Notes under the pieces: generated by a model
Database searches by the model: none
Seen by the model: the letters and a program-made list of their open reading frames with translations, nothing else
What the model was told of the DNA's origin: nothing
Position numbers and translations under genes: made by a program
Part shown: piece after piece, positions 10,225-21,320 of the stretch
Position numbering within the stretch: the first letter of the stretch is position 1
Layout: every line of letters starts with the position of its first letter
Sequence record: SRR31156797_2365
DNA length: 64,000 bases
Reading direction: 5' to 3' (one strand)

Positions 10225-13200
10225 TTATTCCTTAATGAATTTCTTTAACGATGTGGTTGAACCATCATCAGCTCCAATATAATAAATGCCGTTTGGATAG
10301 TTGCTCAGATCAATCGTGATCTGACGATCCTTTGTGTCAAAATTATCAATAATTCTACCCAGAGCATTATAAACTTTCAGGTTAATGGTTTCAGCCTTTC
10401 CAGTTGCAATGACGTTAATTTCTGAAGATGCCGGATTTGGAAATACTTCAAGCGACAGTTCCATGTTCAAAACCGGCAGCGCAGGAGCATTGCCAAAATC
10501 AACCGTGTAATCTTCAACTTCTCCATTGGAGAAAGTGGCTTCGCAGGGAGATGGAGCTCCACCATTTTTCATGGTCACACGCATACGCGATTGCCCGGAT
10601 AGGCCCGATGGAACTGAGAATGATCCTGAAACAACATCTCTCTTGTTGTTAGCTGTGAATACCTGTTCACCGGCATCATCGAAATCCCCGTCGGCATTAA
10701 AATCGATCCAGACACGCCAGAATTCACGCTGTGCTTTGCCTGTAAAAACAGGTGTAAGTGTTACGCTGACGGATGAACCAGAAGTTAAAGCTACAGTTTG
10801 TCCGGTAAAATCAGAATATCCGGATGCACCGCTGGGGTTTGAAAATCCATTAAAATCAACCTGGCCTATCCAGTCAAGTGCGTTACTCAAACTTGTGGAT
10901 TCGCAATAGGTACCTGTTCCGCCTTCAGTAACTGTAATATACCCGGCAACTGTTTTAGTGTCTGATCCTATGCCGTTGGTCGCAGTAAGGCTTACATCAT
11001 AAACACCGACTGTGTTATAGGTTACTGATGGATTTTGAATTGTGGTGGAATTTGCAGTTCCTCCAGGAAACGACCATGACCAGCTAGTGGGGTTATTATC
11101 AGACAAGTCTGTAAAATCAACCGTCCCGCCAACTTCTACATTTGTTGGAGAGCCTGAAAAATCAGCAACCGGGGCCTGTGGAACAGGGGCTGAAAAACTT
11201 ACGGTATAATCTTCAACCTCTCCGGCCGGAAAGTTTTCACATGATGCAGGTACACCTTTGGCTTTCATCGAAACACGCATTCTGGTTTCACCATCCAGCC
11301 CTGCAGGGATTGCTATTGTACCTGCCACACCACCTTTCTTGCGGTCTGCAGCAAATACCTGCTCACCACCATCTGTAAAATCACCATCCTGATTAAAATC
11401 GATCCAGACACGCCAATACTCCTGGTTAGATCTGCCAGAAAATCCCGGAATTCCTGAAAAGCTGTACGATTGGCCACTTTCAAGAGAAACGGTATTGCTG
11501 GTGAAATCACCATAACCACCGTTTGATCCTGAGCTGTTTGAAAAGCTTCCAAGACTTACTGAGTTAATCCACTCTACGGCGGTACTTGCACCCGATGAAG
11601 AACAATATGAAATTACATATTCTGTAACCGTGATGTATCCATTTTTTGTAATAGCATCACCACCCGCACTATTCGACACGCTAAGGGTCACATCATAAGT
11701 TCCAATGGTCGGATAGGTAACCACAGGATTTCTATCGGTGCTTGTTGCAGGGCTACCTCCCGGGAGAGACCATGACCAAGAGGTTGGATTGTTTGCTGAT
11801 TGGTCAGTAAATGATACTGTTTGTCCTTCCATTAGAGAAGTTGGATTACCTGTAAAATCAGCCACAGGGGCAACTACAACAGGCGGGGCAAATGTAAAAG
11901 AAGCAATTTGCGTGCGCCAGTTCCAACCACCACCAGAATATTCGGTGGTGTACCAGAAAGTTGCATCGTCAGAAGGATCTACAGACATCATGGAATAGTC
12001 ACCCCAGCGGTTTACACCGGTTTGGGAAGCGGCTCCGATTTTGATGCTTGTTTCGGTAACATCCAAAATACCGGTTCCTGAATTTGCTGCCGTTTGTCCG
12101 GCAACACGAATAGAAGGATAGGTACCTGAACCTGAAACAGAATATCCAACAGCAATGTCGCCGTTGCCATTCATGGCCACACTTCCCATCCATCTGTTAT
12201 CAGCATCTGCGGGCGCAAAAGTTCCCTGCTGATAAATTTCCCAGCCACTTCCGTAATTGCGCATTTCGTACCAACGAACACCGGCCTGCCCACCTCCATC
12301 AGCGTTGACTGTATGGTTGGTTACCATCACTTCGTAACTTCCAAAGTTCCTGTATTGCAGCCGGTACATCAAACGTGAGGCAAGCGCATCAAGGGTTTGT
12401 GAGGTACCGGGTTGATTAATGGTAATTCCACTGTAAGAGAATGATTGTGTTGAAAGCGTTTTCACAAGTGAAATCGTGGAATTGGATGAATTTGCCCAAT
12501 CGATATCGGCTTCCCAGATCCTGAGTAAATTGGTACTCATATTTGCCAGATAATTGGGGCTTCCGGCAGCAGGCTGAAGGGAACCATCAGCATCAGCAGG
12601 TAGCAGACTACCATAACCTGTGCCTAAATCAAAGAATTGCATTTCAGCATTGGGATCACCACTGACCATGGCAGCCCGGTCTAAAACACAAACACCGGCA
12701 CCAGCCCAGGATAAACTTGGCGGTGCAAACTGATTAATGGTAAAATAATATCCATCAGGCCAGACACCAAATTTTGGATAATCGGGCATATCTGCAAACT
12801 CATATGCATAACGGTACCAGGCTCCAGTAGGATCACCGGTTTCCGACACAGCTACCAATTCATAAAAAGGGCCACTTGGATAGTTAGGTAAAGCAAATTG
12901 AGAAGCTATCCAACGGTCAGCATATTCATCATAAAGTACTATTGGATCACCGTCGTTGGTTCCTGTCCATGGGCCACCAAAGCCATCCCAAATTGTGCTG
13001 CCATCAGCCGGGCCATAAAGCGAGTTGCCGTTTTTATCCCAAATCTGAAATGCCAGGTTCACCATCTGCATATAATGGTTGGGGCCTACATCACCATCTG
13101 TATCCGGTGGAGCCACACCACTCAGGTTGGGTACACCTGCAAAATTCTGACCTACAGTTGCTGTAGATCTGTTATTCAGCATTTTGTCCTGCAAAACAGG

Positions 13201-13449
13201 ATCGGGCCCGGTCCACGATGAAGGTGAATTAAATTCTTCTAAAAAGCCATCCTTGTTTGGAACAACTTTTTCTTTCCACGACCGGTCAACGTATCCGGGA
13301 GGAACCGGTGTTACATCTGAAAGTTTTTCTGATATATCAAAACCTACCGGTTTGATAACTTTTGTGGGGTTTACGGACTGCGCATAAACGCCCATTGTGA
13401 AAAATAAAAACACCACTGTTAGCGATGAAAGGTAAATCTTTACGTTCAT
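10225..13449 (-). CDS. T9SS-secreted protein: uncharacterised N-terminal propeller-like domain, 2x(PKD + GEVED), type A CTD
   Basis: Signal peptide; PPDTDGDVGPNHY and RWGDYS motifs; two APVADF...PTSWSWS PKD units, each followed by a WIDFN.DGDF...GEVEDY domain; C-terminal VFPNPA...GIYY...KFIK. Confidence 0.85.
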   Translation of the reverse strand: MNVKIYLSSLTVVFLFFTMGVYAQSVNPTKVIKPVGFDISEKLSDVTPVPPGYVDRSWKEKVVPNKDGFLEEFNSPSSWTGPDPVLQDKMLNNRSTATVGQNFAGVPNLSGVAPPDTDGDVGPNHYMQMVNLAFQIWDKNGNSLYGPADGSTIWDGFGGPWTGTNDGDPIVLYDEYADRWIASQFALPNYPSGPFYELVAVSETGDPTGAWYRYAYEFADMPDYPKFGVWPDGYYFTINQFAPPSLSWAGAGVCVLDRAAMVSGDPNAEMQFFDLGTGYGSLLPADADGSLQPAAGSPNYLANMSTNLLRIWEADIDWANSSNSTISLVKTLSTQSFSYSGITINQPGTSQTLDALASRLMYRLQYRNFGSYEVMVTNHTVNADGGGQAGVRWYEMRNYGSGWEIYQQGTFAPADADNRWMGSVAMNGNGDIAVGYSVSGSGTYPSIRVAGQTAANSGTGILDVTETSIKIGAASQTGVNRWGDYSMMSVDPSDDATFWYTTEYSGGGWNWRTQIASFTFAPPVVVAPVADFTGNPTSLMEGQTVSFTDQSANNPTSWSWSLPGGSPATSTDRNPVVTYPTIGTYDVTLSVSNSAGGDAITKNGYITVTEYVISYCSSSGASTAVEWINSVSLGSFSNSSGSNGGYGDFTSNTVSLESGQSYSFSGIPGFSGRSNQEYWRVWIDFNQDGDFTDGGEQVFAADRKKGGVAGTIAIPAGLDGETRMRVSMKAKGVPASCENFPAGEVEDYTVSFSAPVPQAPVADFSGSPTNVEVGGTVDFTDLSDNNPTSWSWSFPGGTANSTTIQNPSVTYNTVGVYDVSLTATNGIGSDTKTVAGYITVTEGGTGTYCESTSLSNALDWIGQVDFNGFSNPSGASGYSDFTGQTVALTSGSSVSVTLTPVFTGKAQREFWRVWIDFNADGDFDDAGEQVFTANNKRDVVSGSFSVPSGLSGQSRMRVTMKNGGAPSPCEATFSNGEVEDYTVDFGNAPALPVLNMELSLEVFPNPASSEINVIATGKAETINLKVYNALGRIIDNFDTKDRQITIDLSNYPNGIYYIGADDGSTTSLKKFIKE

Positions 13450-13707
13450 GATTTAAGTTGTTTAATGAATAATTAAGTTAGTTAAAAAAATCGTCCCCTG
13501 CTTGACTGAAGTGTAAAGGAAAGCCAAATATCTAAAATATGCAACTTTTTAGATACTAAATTTCTGCTCCACTATTAAATGTCATCTTATATAATTGTAA
13601 TCCTGTTGGATATATCAAAGCTATTTTGTCGGTAACTTCTGAATATTCGATAAAAGCTTAAAATTTTTAACCCTGCTAATCATTGATCAATTTTCGTAAA
13701 ATCTTTC

Positions 13708-13715
13708 TACCTTTG
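13708..13715 (+). promoter_or_regulatory. -7 promoter element (TACCTTTG) for the pirin gene
   Basis: Exact TAnnTTTG match about 24 nt before ATG 13739. Confidence 0.55.
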
Positions 13716-13738
13716 AATCCATCTCAAACTCAACTATT

Positions 13739-14755
13739 ATGTATAATAAAATCCTCACCAACATCAAACCACTGGGATTTACCTGGGAAACCGGCGATCC
13801 TTTTCTTTTTTGTGTGCACCACCTGGACAAATACCCCAAAGGCAACGCGGTAATGGGGCCGGCAGCATCACTTGCCGGCAGAAACCTGGGCCAGGACTTT
13901 ACACCGAAAGACGGCTGGCGTATGTATCATGGTGAAAAAATTCCCGGATTCCCTGCCCACCCCCACCGCGGTTTTGAAACCATAACGGTTGTACTTGACG
14001 GTTTTGTGGATCACTCCGATTCACATGGTGCTTCAGGGAGGTATGGCGATGGTGACGTGCAGTGGATGACCGCCGGATCAGGCCTGCAACATGCCGAGAT
14101 GTTCCCGCTGATTTATGAGGACAAAGAAAATCCACTGGAACTATTTCAAATTTGGCTAAACCTGCCCAAAGTGAAGAAATTCGCAAATCCACACTACAAA
14201 ATGCTATGGGCTGAAGATATCCCAACCGTGGAATTTAAGGATGACAAAAACCTTGAAACAAAAGTAACCCTGATTGCCGGTACACTGGATGGCAAATCCG
14301 CTCCACTTCCTGCCCCGGACTCATGGGCTGCCGACCCCGGAAACGAAGCCGCCATCTGGCTGATCAGGATGGAAGCCAACGCATACTGGACACTTCCGAA
14401 GGGCTCGGCCGGACTGAACCGCACCTTATATTTTTATCGTGGCGCTGAAATTAAAATCGCCGGAATTGAAGTTGAAAACTATCACGCGGCAGATTTGATG
14501 TCGGAGGAAAATGCAAAAATTGAAAATGGCAATGTTCCTGCCTACCTGTTGCTGCTTCAGGGGAAACCCATCGCCGAACCTGTGGTTCAACACGGCCCGT
14601 TTGTGATGAACACCGCAGCAGAAATCCAGCAGGCCTTTTACGATTATCGCAGCACACAATTTGGTGGCTGGCCATGGGATGAATACGACAACGTTCATGA
14701 TCGCAATCGCGGGCGATTTGCAAAATATGCGGATGGGAAAGTTGAAGAGAAATAA
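13739..14755 (+). CDS. Pirin family (bicupin) protein
   Basis: Motifs GFPAHPHRGFETIT, DHSDS.G, QWMTAGSGLQHAE, QIWLNLP, HGPFVMN. Confidence 0.95.
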   Translation: MYNKILTNIKPLGFTWETGDPFLFCVHHLDKYPKGNAVMGPAASLAGRNLGQDFTPKDGWRMYHGEKIPGFPAHPHRGFETITVVLDGFVDHSDSHGASGRYGDGDVQWMTAGSGLQHAEMFPLIYEDKENPLELFQIWLNLPKVKKFANPHYKMLWAEDIPTVEFKDDKNLETKVTLIAGTLDGKSAPLPAPDSWAADPGNEAAIWLIRMEANAYWTLPKGSAGLNRTLYFYRGAEIKIAGIEVENYHAADLMSEENAKIENGNVPAYLLLLQGKPIAEPVVQHGPFVMNTAAEIQQAFYDYRSTQFGGWPWDEYDNVHDRNRGRFAKYADGKVEEK

Positions 14756-15003
14756 CTCACAGGTTAACCCGGCATCAAAATAGCAAGTTTTTGCCATGTC
14801 TTGTTGCGACGCTTGAATGTCCTGCGGACGATTCAAGGTCAGTCTTCTGACTTTCAATCCTGCGAAGCACATTGAAACGTCAAAATTTACTTGCTGCTTA
14901 TTGTTTGTGCAGATATTAAAAAGGCCCAGGCAGTTTTATATGTAGGGTAAAAATGCTGTTTTATAAAATCGCTCGTATTAAAAGTGCCGTTTATAAATTA
15001 AAT

Positions 15004-18000
15004 CTAACTGCGAATCCCGACTTTGACATCCTCAAGAATAAGGTAAAGACAAGGTACAATCACCAGAATAATGGCTGTTGCAAACACAATACCGAATCCA
15101 AGTGAAATGGCCATGGGAATCAGGTAGTAAGCCTGGCGGGATGTTTCCAGAATAATGGGTGTAAGACCACCAAAGGTAGTGAGTGTTGTTAGGATAATGG
15201 GGCGGAACCTTCGGATGCCTGCTTCATGGATGGCCTCAAATGCACTTTTATCAGCACGGTTTCTGTTGGCAAAATCAATCATGATCAACGAATCATTCAC
15301 CATCACCCCCGATAGTGCTATTACACCCATCAGGCTGATCAGCGAAAGATCATAACCAAGCAGGATATGCCCGATAACTGCCCCGACAATGCCAAACGGG
15401 ATTGCCGACATCACGATCAGGGGCTGGCTGTAATTGTTGAAAGCAATGGCCAAAAGGGCATAAATAATCATCATGGCCAGTAAAAACCCTGCCCATAGTG
15501 ACTGTGTTGATTCCCGCATTTCTGCCTGGCTGCCCTGGAAACTCCATGTAATACCCGGATAGTCGGCGCGCAACTGTGGCAGTTCTTCCCGATTGATCGA
15601 TTCCAAAACACGTGAAACAGCGCTCGGTGGAACCACATCCATTCCCACATTGATCACCCTGCGACCATCACGTCTGTTGATGGAAGTGAAAGCTTCCCGC
15701 TGGGTAACTTCCACAACATCCATTAAAGGCACTTCAATACCCTCCGGGGTGCGTACAAGAAAGTTCTCCAAATGATAGATGTCCTTGCGTTCCTCAAGGG
15801 GCAGCTTTACCCGGACTTCAATTTCGTTGGTTTCGCGGAGTTGCCTCATGGCGAGTGCACCAAAAAAAGCATCCCGCACCTGCTGACCTACCATTGAGGG
15901 TGTCAGGCCAAGGTTCCTGCCTTCCGGCAATAATTTAAAATCATACTGCGGTTTTCCTTTGTTGTAATTATCGTTCACATCGCGTGTTGCCTCATACGCT
16001 TCCATGCGATCGAAAAAAGTTTGAGCGGCCTTCTCCAACACGTTAATGTCGGAATGGCTGAGGTCCACACTGATATCCTGCTGCCAGCCTCCAGGTCCGC
16101 GTTCTGCTTCAAAAGTGATTTGGTCCACACCCTCGATATCACCAATCTCATCACGCCACAATTCTATTACCTCCTGAGCAGACATATCCCGTTCATCCGG
16201 AGGTTTCATTACAATTTCAACATCAATAAAATTCTGCCCTCTGACGTTGGTTTTTATACCTTCCGCCACTCGATACAGATTGTGCTCCTGAAACATCCGA
16301 TGGGTGGATTCCGTTATTTCATTGGCCACTTTTGCAGCCTGGTCGGGTGTGGTACTCACAGGTAATGATACTCCGGCCTCAATTTCGTCAGCAGCAACTT
16401 CCGGCATCATTATAATCCCCATATGATCGCTAATGCCGTATCCGCCAACGATCACCAGGGTAGTGATGGCTATACTGAGCGTGATATAGCGATACCTGAG
16501 GTTAAGTTCAAGAAATGGCCTGTAAATTTTATCCATAAAACGGTCGAAGGCCCCTGCGAAACTTCTCTGCCATTTTTCAAGTAGCTGAACAGGTTTTATC
16601 TTCAAGCCTTTTCCTTTATGTGCCAGGTGTGCCGGAAGAATAAACAGCGCTTCAAGAAGTGATACCGATAATACTACGATCACTACTGCGGGCAGTGGCC
16701 ACCAGAATTTTCCAGTAGTCCCCGGGATAAACAACAATGGAATAAAGGCAATGATATTGGTGATAATGCTAAAAACAACGGGTTTGGATATTTCCCTGGC
16801 TCCAAGTATGGCAGCCTTCATGTAACTCATCCCTTGCTGCCGCCGTTCATAGACGTTTTCTCCAACAACAATGGCATCATCAACTACAATACCAAGTGCA
16901 ACCAAAAATCCAAACATGGAGATCATATTAATACTTATACCGATGAGCGGTAAAAAGAGCAGGCCTCCAAGAAATGAAATAACCATCCCCATCATCACCC
17001 AGAATGACAACCGGTATTCAAGGAAAAGCGTGAGAATAACCAGTACGATGATGATTGCCATCAGGCCATTCCCGGTAAGCAGTGAAAGGCGTTCCCGGTA
17101 ATCTTCGGCCCGGTTGCTGTCGATCCGGTATGCTACACCTGGTGGCAGTGTTGATTCAAACTCAGCAAGAACTGCTTCCACTCTGTCGGCAATCTCAAGC
17201 GGAGATTGTGGTCCGACACGGTATATCTGCAGTTCAACAGAAGGTTTCCGGTTGAATTGTGCATGAAAACCTGCTTCCTCAAAACCATCAGTTATGATGG
17301 CGATATCTCTGAGTTTTACGGTAGTACCGCCCATTTCAGAAGTGATGATATCAATGTTGCCGAATTCTTCTGCCCACTGTTTTCGTTCCTGCATCCTCAA
17401 CAGTATTTCTCCGGTTTTCGTTTCCACTGCTCCGGCCGGAATGTCTTCACTTGACTGCAAAATGATGCGGGATACTTCACCCAGGGTAAGTCCGTATTCC
17501 TGAAGGCGGTGCCCTGGTATCTCCACATGGGTAACATAATCCGGAACATTTCCGATTTCCACCATCGTGATTTCGGGGTTGCTGAGCAGATAGTCGCGCA
17601 GGCGTTCGGCCAGTTTTCTGAGGGTCCAGATATCCACATCACCGTAGAGGCCGATTTCCATTACATCCCGCTGTTGATCCTGAAGCCTGACTTCCGGCTC
17701 CTCAATATCATCAGGGAAGGTCCGGATACGGTTTACCGCCTGGTCAATTTCCTGGAATGATTTCATCCGGTTGGTTCCCACAACCAGTTCGATTGCAATA
17801 CTTCCTGAACCTTCCCGTGCGGTAGAAGATATTTCCTTAATCCCCTGAAGCCCCCTGACGGCTTCCTCGACCGGCATCAGGATTCCCTGTTCTACTTCGG
17901 CAGGAGATGCCCCCGGATAAACAACGCTAACCTCAACAATATCGAGCTGAAACTGCGGAAACACTTCCTTCTGAATGCTGTACATGGTCCAGATACCGCC

Positions 18001-18111
18001 CCCGATAAGTATGATCATCAGAAGATTGGCAGCAACAGCATTTCGGGCCATGTATGCAATCGGGCCGGAATTTAAAAGCCGGTCTACTTTATTTTTCCCA
18101 ACATCACTCAT
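15004..18111 (-). CDS. RND efflux permease (AcrB/AcrD/AcrF family)
   Basis: 1035 aa with two TM clusters; motifs [34 protein letters not shown]. Confidence 0.93.
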   Translation of the reverse strand: MSDVGKNKVDRLLNSGPIAYMARNAVAANLLMIILIGGGIWTMYSIQKEVFPQFQLDIVEVSVVYPGASPAEVEQGILMPVEEAVRGLQGIKEISSTAREGSGSIAIELVVGTNRMKSFQEIDQAVNRIRTFPDDIEEPEVRLQDQQRDVMEIGLYGDVDIWTLRKLAERLRDYLLSNPEITMVEIGNVPDYVTHVEIPGHRLQEYGLTLGEVSRIILQSSEDIPAGAVETKTGEILLRMQERKQWAEEFGNIDIITSEMGGTTVKLRDIAIITDGFEEAGFHAQFNRKPSVELQIYRVGPQSPLEIADRVEAVLAEFESTLPPGVAYRIDSNRAEDYRERLSLLTGNGLMAIIIVLVILTLFLEYRLSFWVMMGMVISFLGGLLFLPLIGISINMISMFGFLVALGIVVDDAIVVGENVYERRQQGMSYMKAAILGAREISKPVVFSIITNIIAFIPLLFIPGTTGKFWWPLPAVVIVVLSVSLLEALFILPAHLAHKGKGLKIKPVQLLEKWQRSFAGAFDRFMDKIYRPFLELNLRYRYITLSIAITTLVIVGGYGISDHMGIIMMPEVAADEIEAGVSLPVSTTPDQAAKVANEITESTHRMFQEHNLYRVAEGIKTNVRGQNFIDVEIVMKPPDERDMSAQEVIELWRDEIGDIEGVDQITFEAERGPGGWQQDISVDLSHSDINVLEKAAQTFFDRMEAYEATRDVNDNYNKGKPQYDFKLLPEGRNLGLTPSMVGQQVRDAFFGALAMRQLRETNEIEVRVKLPLEERKDIYHLENFLVRTPEGIEVPLMDVVEVTQREAFTSINRRDGRRVINVGMDVVPPSAVSRVLESINREELPQLRADYPGITWSFQGSQAEMRESTQSLWAGFLLAMMIIYALLAIAFNNYSQPLIVMSAIPFGIVGAVIGHILLGYDLSLISLMGVIALSGVMVNDSLIMIDFANRNRADKSAFEAIHEAGIRRFRPIILTTLTTFGGLTPIILETSRQAYYLIPMAISLGFGIVFATAIILVIVPCLYLILEDVKVGIRS

Positions 18112-19380
18112 CTACTTCCCTCCTCCTGGCTGGTTACCGGTTTCTTCAGAATTCATATCCTGATCAGGGTTTACGGATTTATTGCTATCCAGGCGTAAGG
18201 GAGCACCTTCACTAACGGTGGTCAGGTTTGTGGTTACAACCTTTTCCGCGCTTTTTAAACCTGAATTGATGTAGGCAAAGTCGCGATCGGTCACTAAAAT
18301 ATCCACTTTACGGATTTCAAGCTTATCATCATTCATCACCCACACTGTTTCATCTTTCCTGACAAAATCACGCCTGAGTCTGATAACATCCTTAAGCTCA
18401 ACCCCTTCAAGATTTACTTCCACAAAAGCACCGATCATTAGCGGGGGTTTCTGATCCGAAGGCTCTAAGTGCGAAAGCGGATCATCCACTTCCACCAGCA
18501 CCCTTGCCATACGTGTTTGTCTTTCGAGTGTTCCGATTAATTTGTGCAGGTGTCCGGTTCTGAAAAGGCTGTCCGGCCATGCTGTTCGGCTCCTGATTTT
18601 CACTTCTGCTCCTTTACCCGCTCCTGCTTCAGGAAATGTTAACCACCTGATTTTAGACATGGGAACAGATACCTCAATCCAATAGGTTTCTATTCCAACC
18701 AATTGTGCCAAAGGCTCTCCGGCTGACACCTGAGACCCCAGGTTTGTGAAGCGATCGATGATATGGGCGTTGAAGGGTGCCCTAATTACTGTACGGTCAA
18801 GGTTAAGTCTGGCCTGGGCAACTGCAGCCTGAGCAGCCTCCAGGCGGGCCTTTGCCGATTTGAGTTGAGGTTCACGTAAAACAAGGGCCAGATTATCGCC
18901 TGATAGTGTATCTTCAAACAACTGATAATCTTTTCGGGCAACCGTTTGCAAACCCATTTCAACATCAAATGCGGCCTGCTGCTGGTGCAGCTCGCTTTCG
19001 CGAAGCAGCAATTCATTGCGATAATCGGCCGAATCAATGCGCAGCAAAACTTCACCTTTTTTCACATAGCCGCCAGGGATAAAACCGGCAGACACAGTGG
19101 TCACCTCACCACTCACAAGCGGACTCAGCATAATATCCTGCTCCGCCCTTACAACACCTGTTGCGGTAATCACAGGCCTGAAGTTGCCATGTTCAACAGA
19201 TACCGTTCGTACAAGCATGGCTGTTTCTTTAGTGGCGCCTTCGCGCACAGCTTTGGGCTCAGTGTTGAATATCAGGAAAGTGATAATAACACCCACAATC
19301 AATATCCCGACCGATATCAGGATGGATTTAAGGTGTCTTACACGTCCTTTTTTTGATTTTTTTATATCCAAATCCGTCAT
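18112..19380 (-). CDS. RND periplasmic adaptor (membrane fusion protein)
   Basis: N-terminal anchor, lipoyl-like VSGEV...VKKGEVLLRID and IRAPFNA, coiled coil. ATG 19380 avoids overlap with the upstream gene. Confidence 0.9.
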   Translation of the reverse strand: MTDLDIKKSKKGRVRHLKSILISVGILIVGVIITFLIFNTEPKAVREGATKETAMLVRTVSVEHGNFRPVITATGVVRAEQDIMLSPLVSGEVTTVSAGFIPGGYVKKGEVLLRIDSADYRNELLLRESELHQQQAAFDVEMGLQTVARKDYQLFEDTLSGDNLALVLREPQLKSAKARLEAAQAAVAQARLNLDRTVIRAPFNAHIIDRFTNLGSQVSAGEPLAQLVGIETYWIEVSVPMSKIRWLTFPEAGAGKGAEVKIRSRTAWPDSLFRTGHLHKLIGTLERQTRMARVLVEVDDPLSHLEPSDQKPPLMIGAFVEVNLEGVELKDVIRLRRDFVRKDETVWVMNDDKLEIRKVDILVTDRDFAYINSGLKSAEKVVTTNLTTVSEGAPLRLDSNKSVNPDQDMNSEETGNQPGGGK

Positions 19381-19393
19381 CTTTACTGTATTA

Positions 19394-20776
19394 TTATCCC
19401 TCCAGTTGTCTTTCAGTTTCAAATCCACCGGCAAGCGCACGATAAAGTGAAATCCGGTATTCGATGAGAGTAAGTTTCGCAGTGAGCAGGTCGCGTTTTA
19501 GTTGCTGTTCCTGGACCATGGCAACAAGAACGTCAATATAATTGCTGATCCCGTTAAGGTATTCAACACGTAGTTGTTTTGATGTTTTTTCTGCCAACTC
19601 AAGTTGCTGCTCTATGCTTTCTATGCTCTCTTTTTGTTTTTGTTCTCTGATCAGTGCATCCTCTACTTCACGAAATGCCGTGAGAACAGATTGGCCATAG
19701 TCGTATAGTCGCTGATTTTTTAAAGCCTCATTGCGGTCCACTTCGGCCCGGAGTCTACCACCGTAAATCAAAGGTGCCAGAAGATTTCCGGCTACAGTCA
19801 TTGCCCAGTTTTCAAAAAGATTTCCTGCCTGTCCGGCAGAAGTGGTTAATGAGGCTGAAAGTGTGAGGCGTGGATATTTATTGCTGATTGCTGCTGCCAG
19901 GTCGCGATCAGCAGCCCGCAACAAATAATAAGCGCTTTTCACATCCGGTCGCCTTTCAACCAAATCCAAAGGGATGCCCGTTTGAGGCAGCGGAGGAAGT
20001 TTGGGAAGTGCATCAATCCGGTATTTTACTCCCTCCATGGGCGTTCTTCCCAGCAGGATACTTAACTGGTTTTCAAGCACCCGTACTTCAGCCTGGGCAT
20101 AGGTTTTCTGCTCACGGGAAGCTTCAAGCAACTGTTTTTGCCTCAGAATATCCACACTCCTGACCTGTCCGCTGCCAAAGCGGTTTTTAAGCACATTCAG
20201 CACTTTTTCGTTGTATTCCTCTTGTCTGGAAATAAGTTCAACCTGGTTTGTTGATTCAAGCAACTTGTACCAGGTGCTGGTAATTACAGCAGCCAGAGAG
20301 AGTGCACCTGCCTGATAATCGGTGTATGCTGCATCTGCACGGAACTGTTCAGCATCGATTTGCGATCTGATCCTTCCCCAAAGATCAACTTCATAAGTTG
20401 CACTTAGCCCGGCAGTAAAAGATTCTCCCTGAACTGATGAAGGCTCTCCACGATCCACGGTTCCACCAAATACAGCTTCAAGGTCGGGCAACAGGTAAGA
20501 TGATTCCCGTTCAACTATGGCACGTGCTGCATTTAACCTCTCCCATGCGCTTGATAGTGTGAAGTTATTGGACAATGCACTATCAATCAATGTATTCAAT
20601 ACGGTATCTGAAAAGGCCATCCACCATTGTTCTGGAATTTCCTGCTCTCCTGACAGTGAAAAGTTTTCAGAGGTATTTACCGGAGTATCAATAGCCTCCT
20701 GATTCGGCCTGCAGCCGGCTAGTGTGATCAGGATCGCGAATAATATAAAATGCGTTACGGTATATTTTCGTACCAT
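19394..20776 (-). CDS. Outer membrane efflux factor lipoprotein (NodT/OprM/TolC family)
   Basis: Lipobox LAGC; motifs YEVDLWGRIR, RRPDV, AFREVEDAL, LYRALAGG. Confidence 0.93.
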   Translation of the reverse strand: MVRKYTVTHFILFAILITLAGCRPNQEAIDTPVNTSENFSLSGEQEIPEQWWMAFSDTVLNTLIDSALSNNFTLSSAWERLNAARAIVERESSYLLPDLEAVFGGTVDRGEPSSVQGESFTAGLSATYEVDLWGRIRSQIDAEQFRADAAYTDYQAGALSLAAVITSTWYKLLESTNQVELISRQEEYNEKVLNVLKNRFGSGQVRSVDILRQKQLLEASREQKTYAQAEVRVLENQLSILLGRTPMEGVKYRIDALPKLPPLPQTGIPLDLVERRPDVKSAYYLLRAADRDLAAAISNKYPRLTLSASLTTSAGQAGNLFENWAMTVAGNLLAPLIYGGRLRAEVDRNEALKNQRLYDYGQSVLTAFREVEDALIREQKQKESIESIEQQLELAEKTSKQLRVEYLNGISNYIDVLVAMVQEQQLKRDLLTAKLTLIEYRISLYRALAGGFETERQLEG

Positions 20777-21320
20777 TCACCCGGTTTTGTATTTAGTAAC
20801 AATGGCTAACCGTGTAAGTTCATCGTATTTTACCAACATCTGTAAATGTTACAGCATCAATTATTTACAGAACTGAAATAAATATTTCATTAAAGATGTC
20901 CAGTTAGGTGCTTGCTGAAAGCACCTGGTGAGTAGCAGAAATCGATGAATTTGATAATGTATAGTGTATGCTAAAACGGTTTGCTTTATGATTAAAAGCG
21001 TTTGTGGAGGTTTACTTTATCTAAAAAAGGATGTCATAGGTAAAAACAGCTCTCGAAAAAAAAAACCGGCTGAGATTAAATTATACCCTCAAGAACCTAT
21101 TTCTGGTGAGGACTGTTTGGATTACGAATGCAATTTGACAATCGAAAAAAAGAATATTTAATATGAGTACATAATTAATCATCTCAGTATTTCTTAAAAA
21201 AAACTGCAGCTCAACGGGGTATGAAAAAAAATTAGCGTACAATACCTATCGCATTGATCGTTTAAAATGAATCGTTTTATTATTCATTTTATCTTCACCA
21301 GAATATAAAAACAAACTATC

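Noticed and set aside
14426-14872. 148-aa minus-strand ORF and the many other short ORFs overlapping long genes
   Set aside because: Antisense or alternate-frame shadows of well-supported genes, with no recognisable motifs.
20964-21161. 65-aa ORF in the RND upstream region
   Set aside because: GTG start, AT-rich low-complexity intergenic DNA, no motif.
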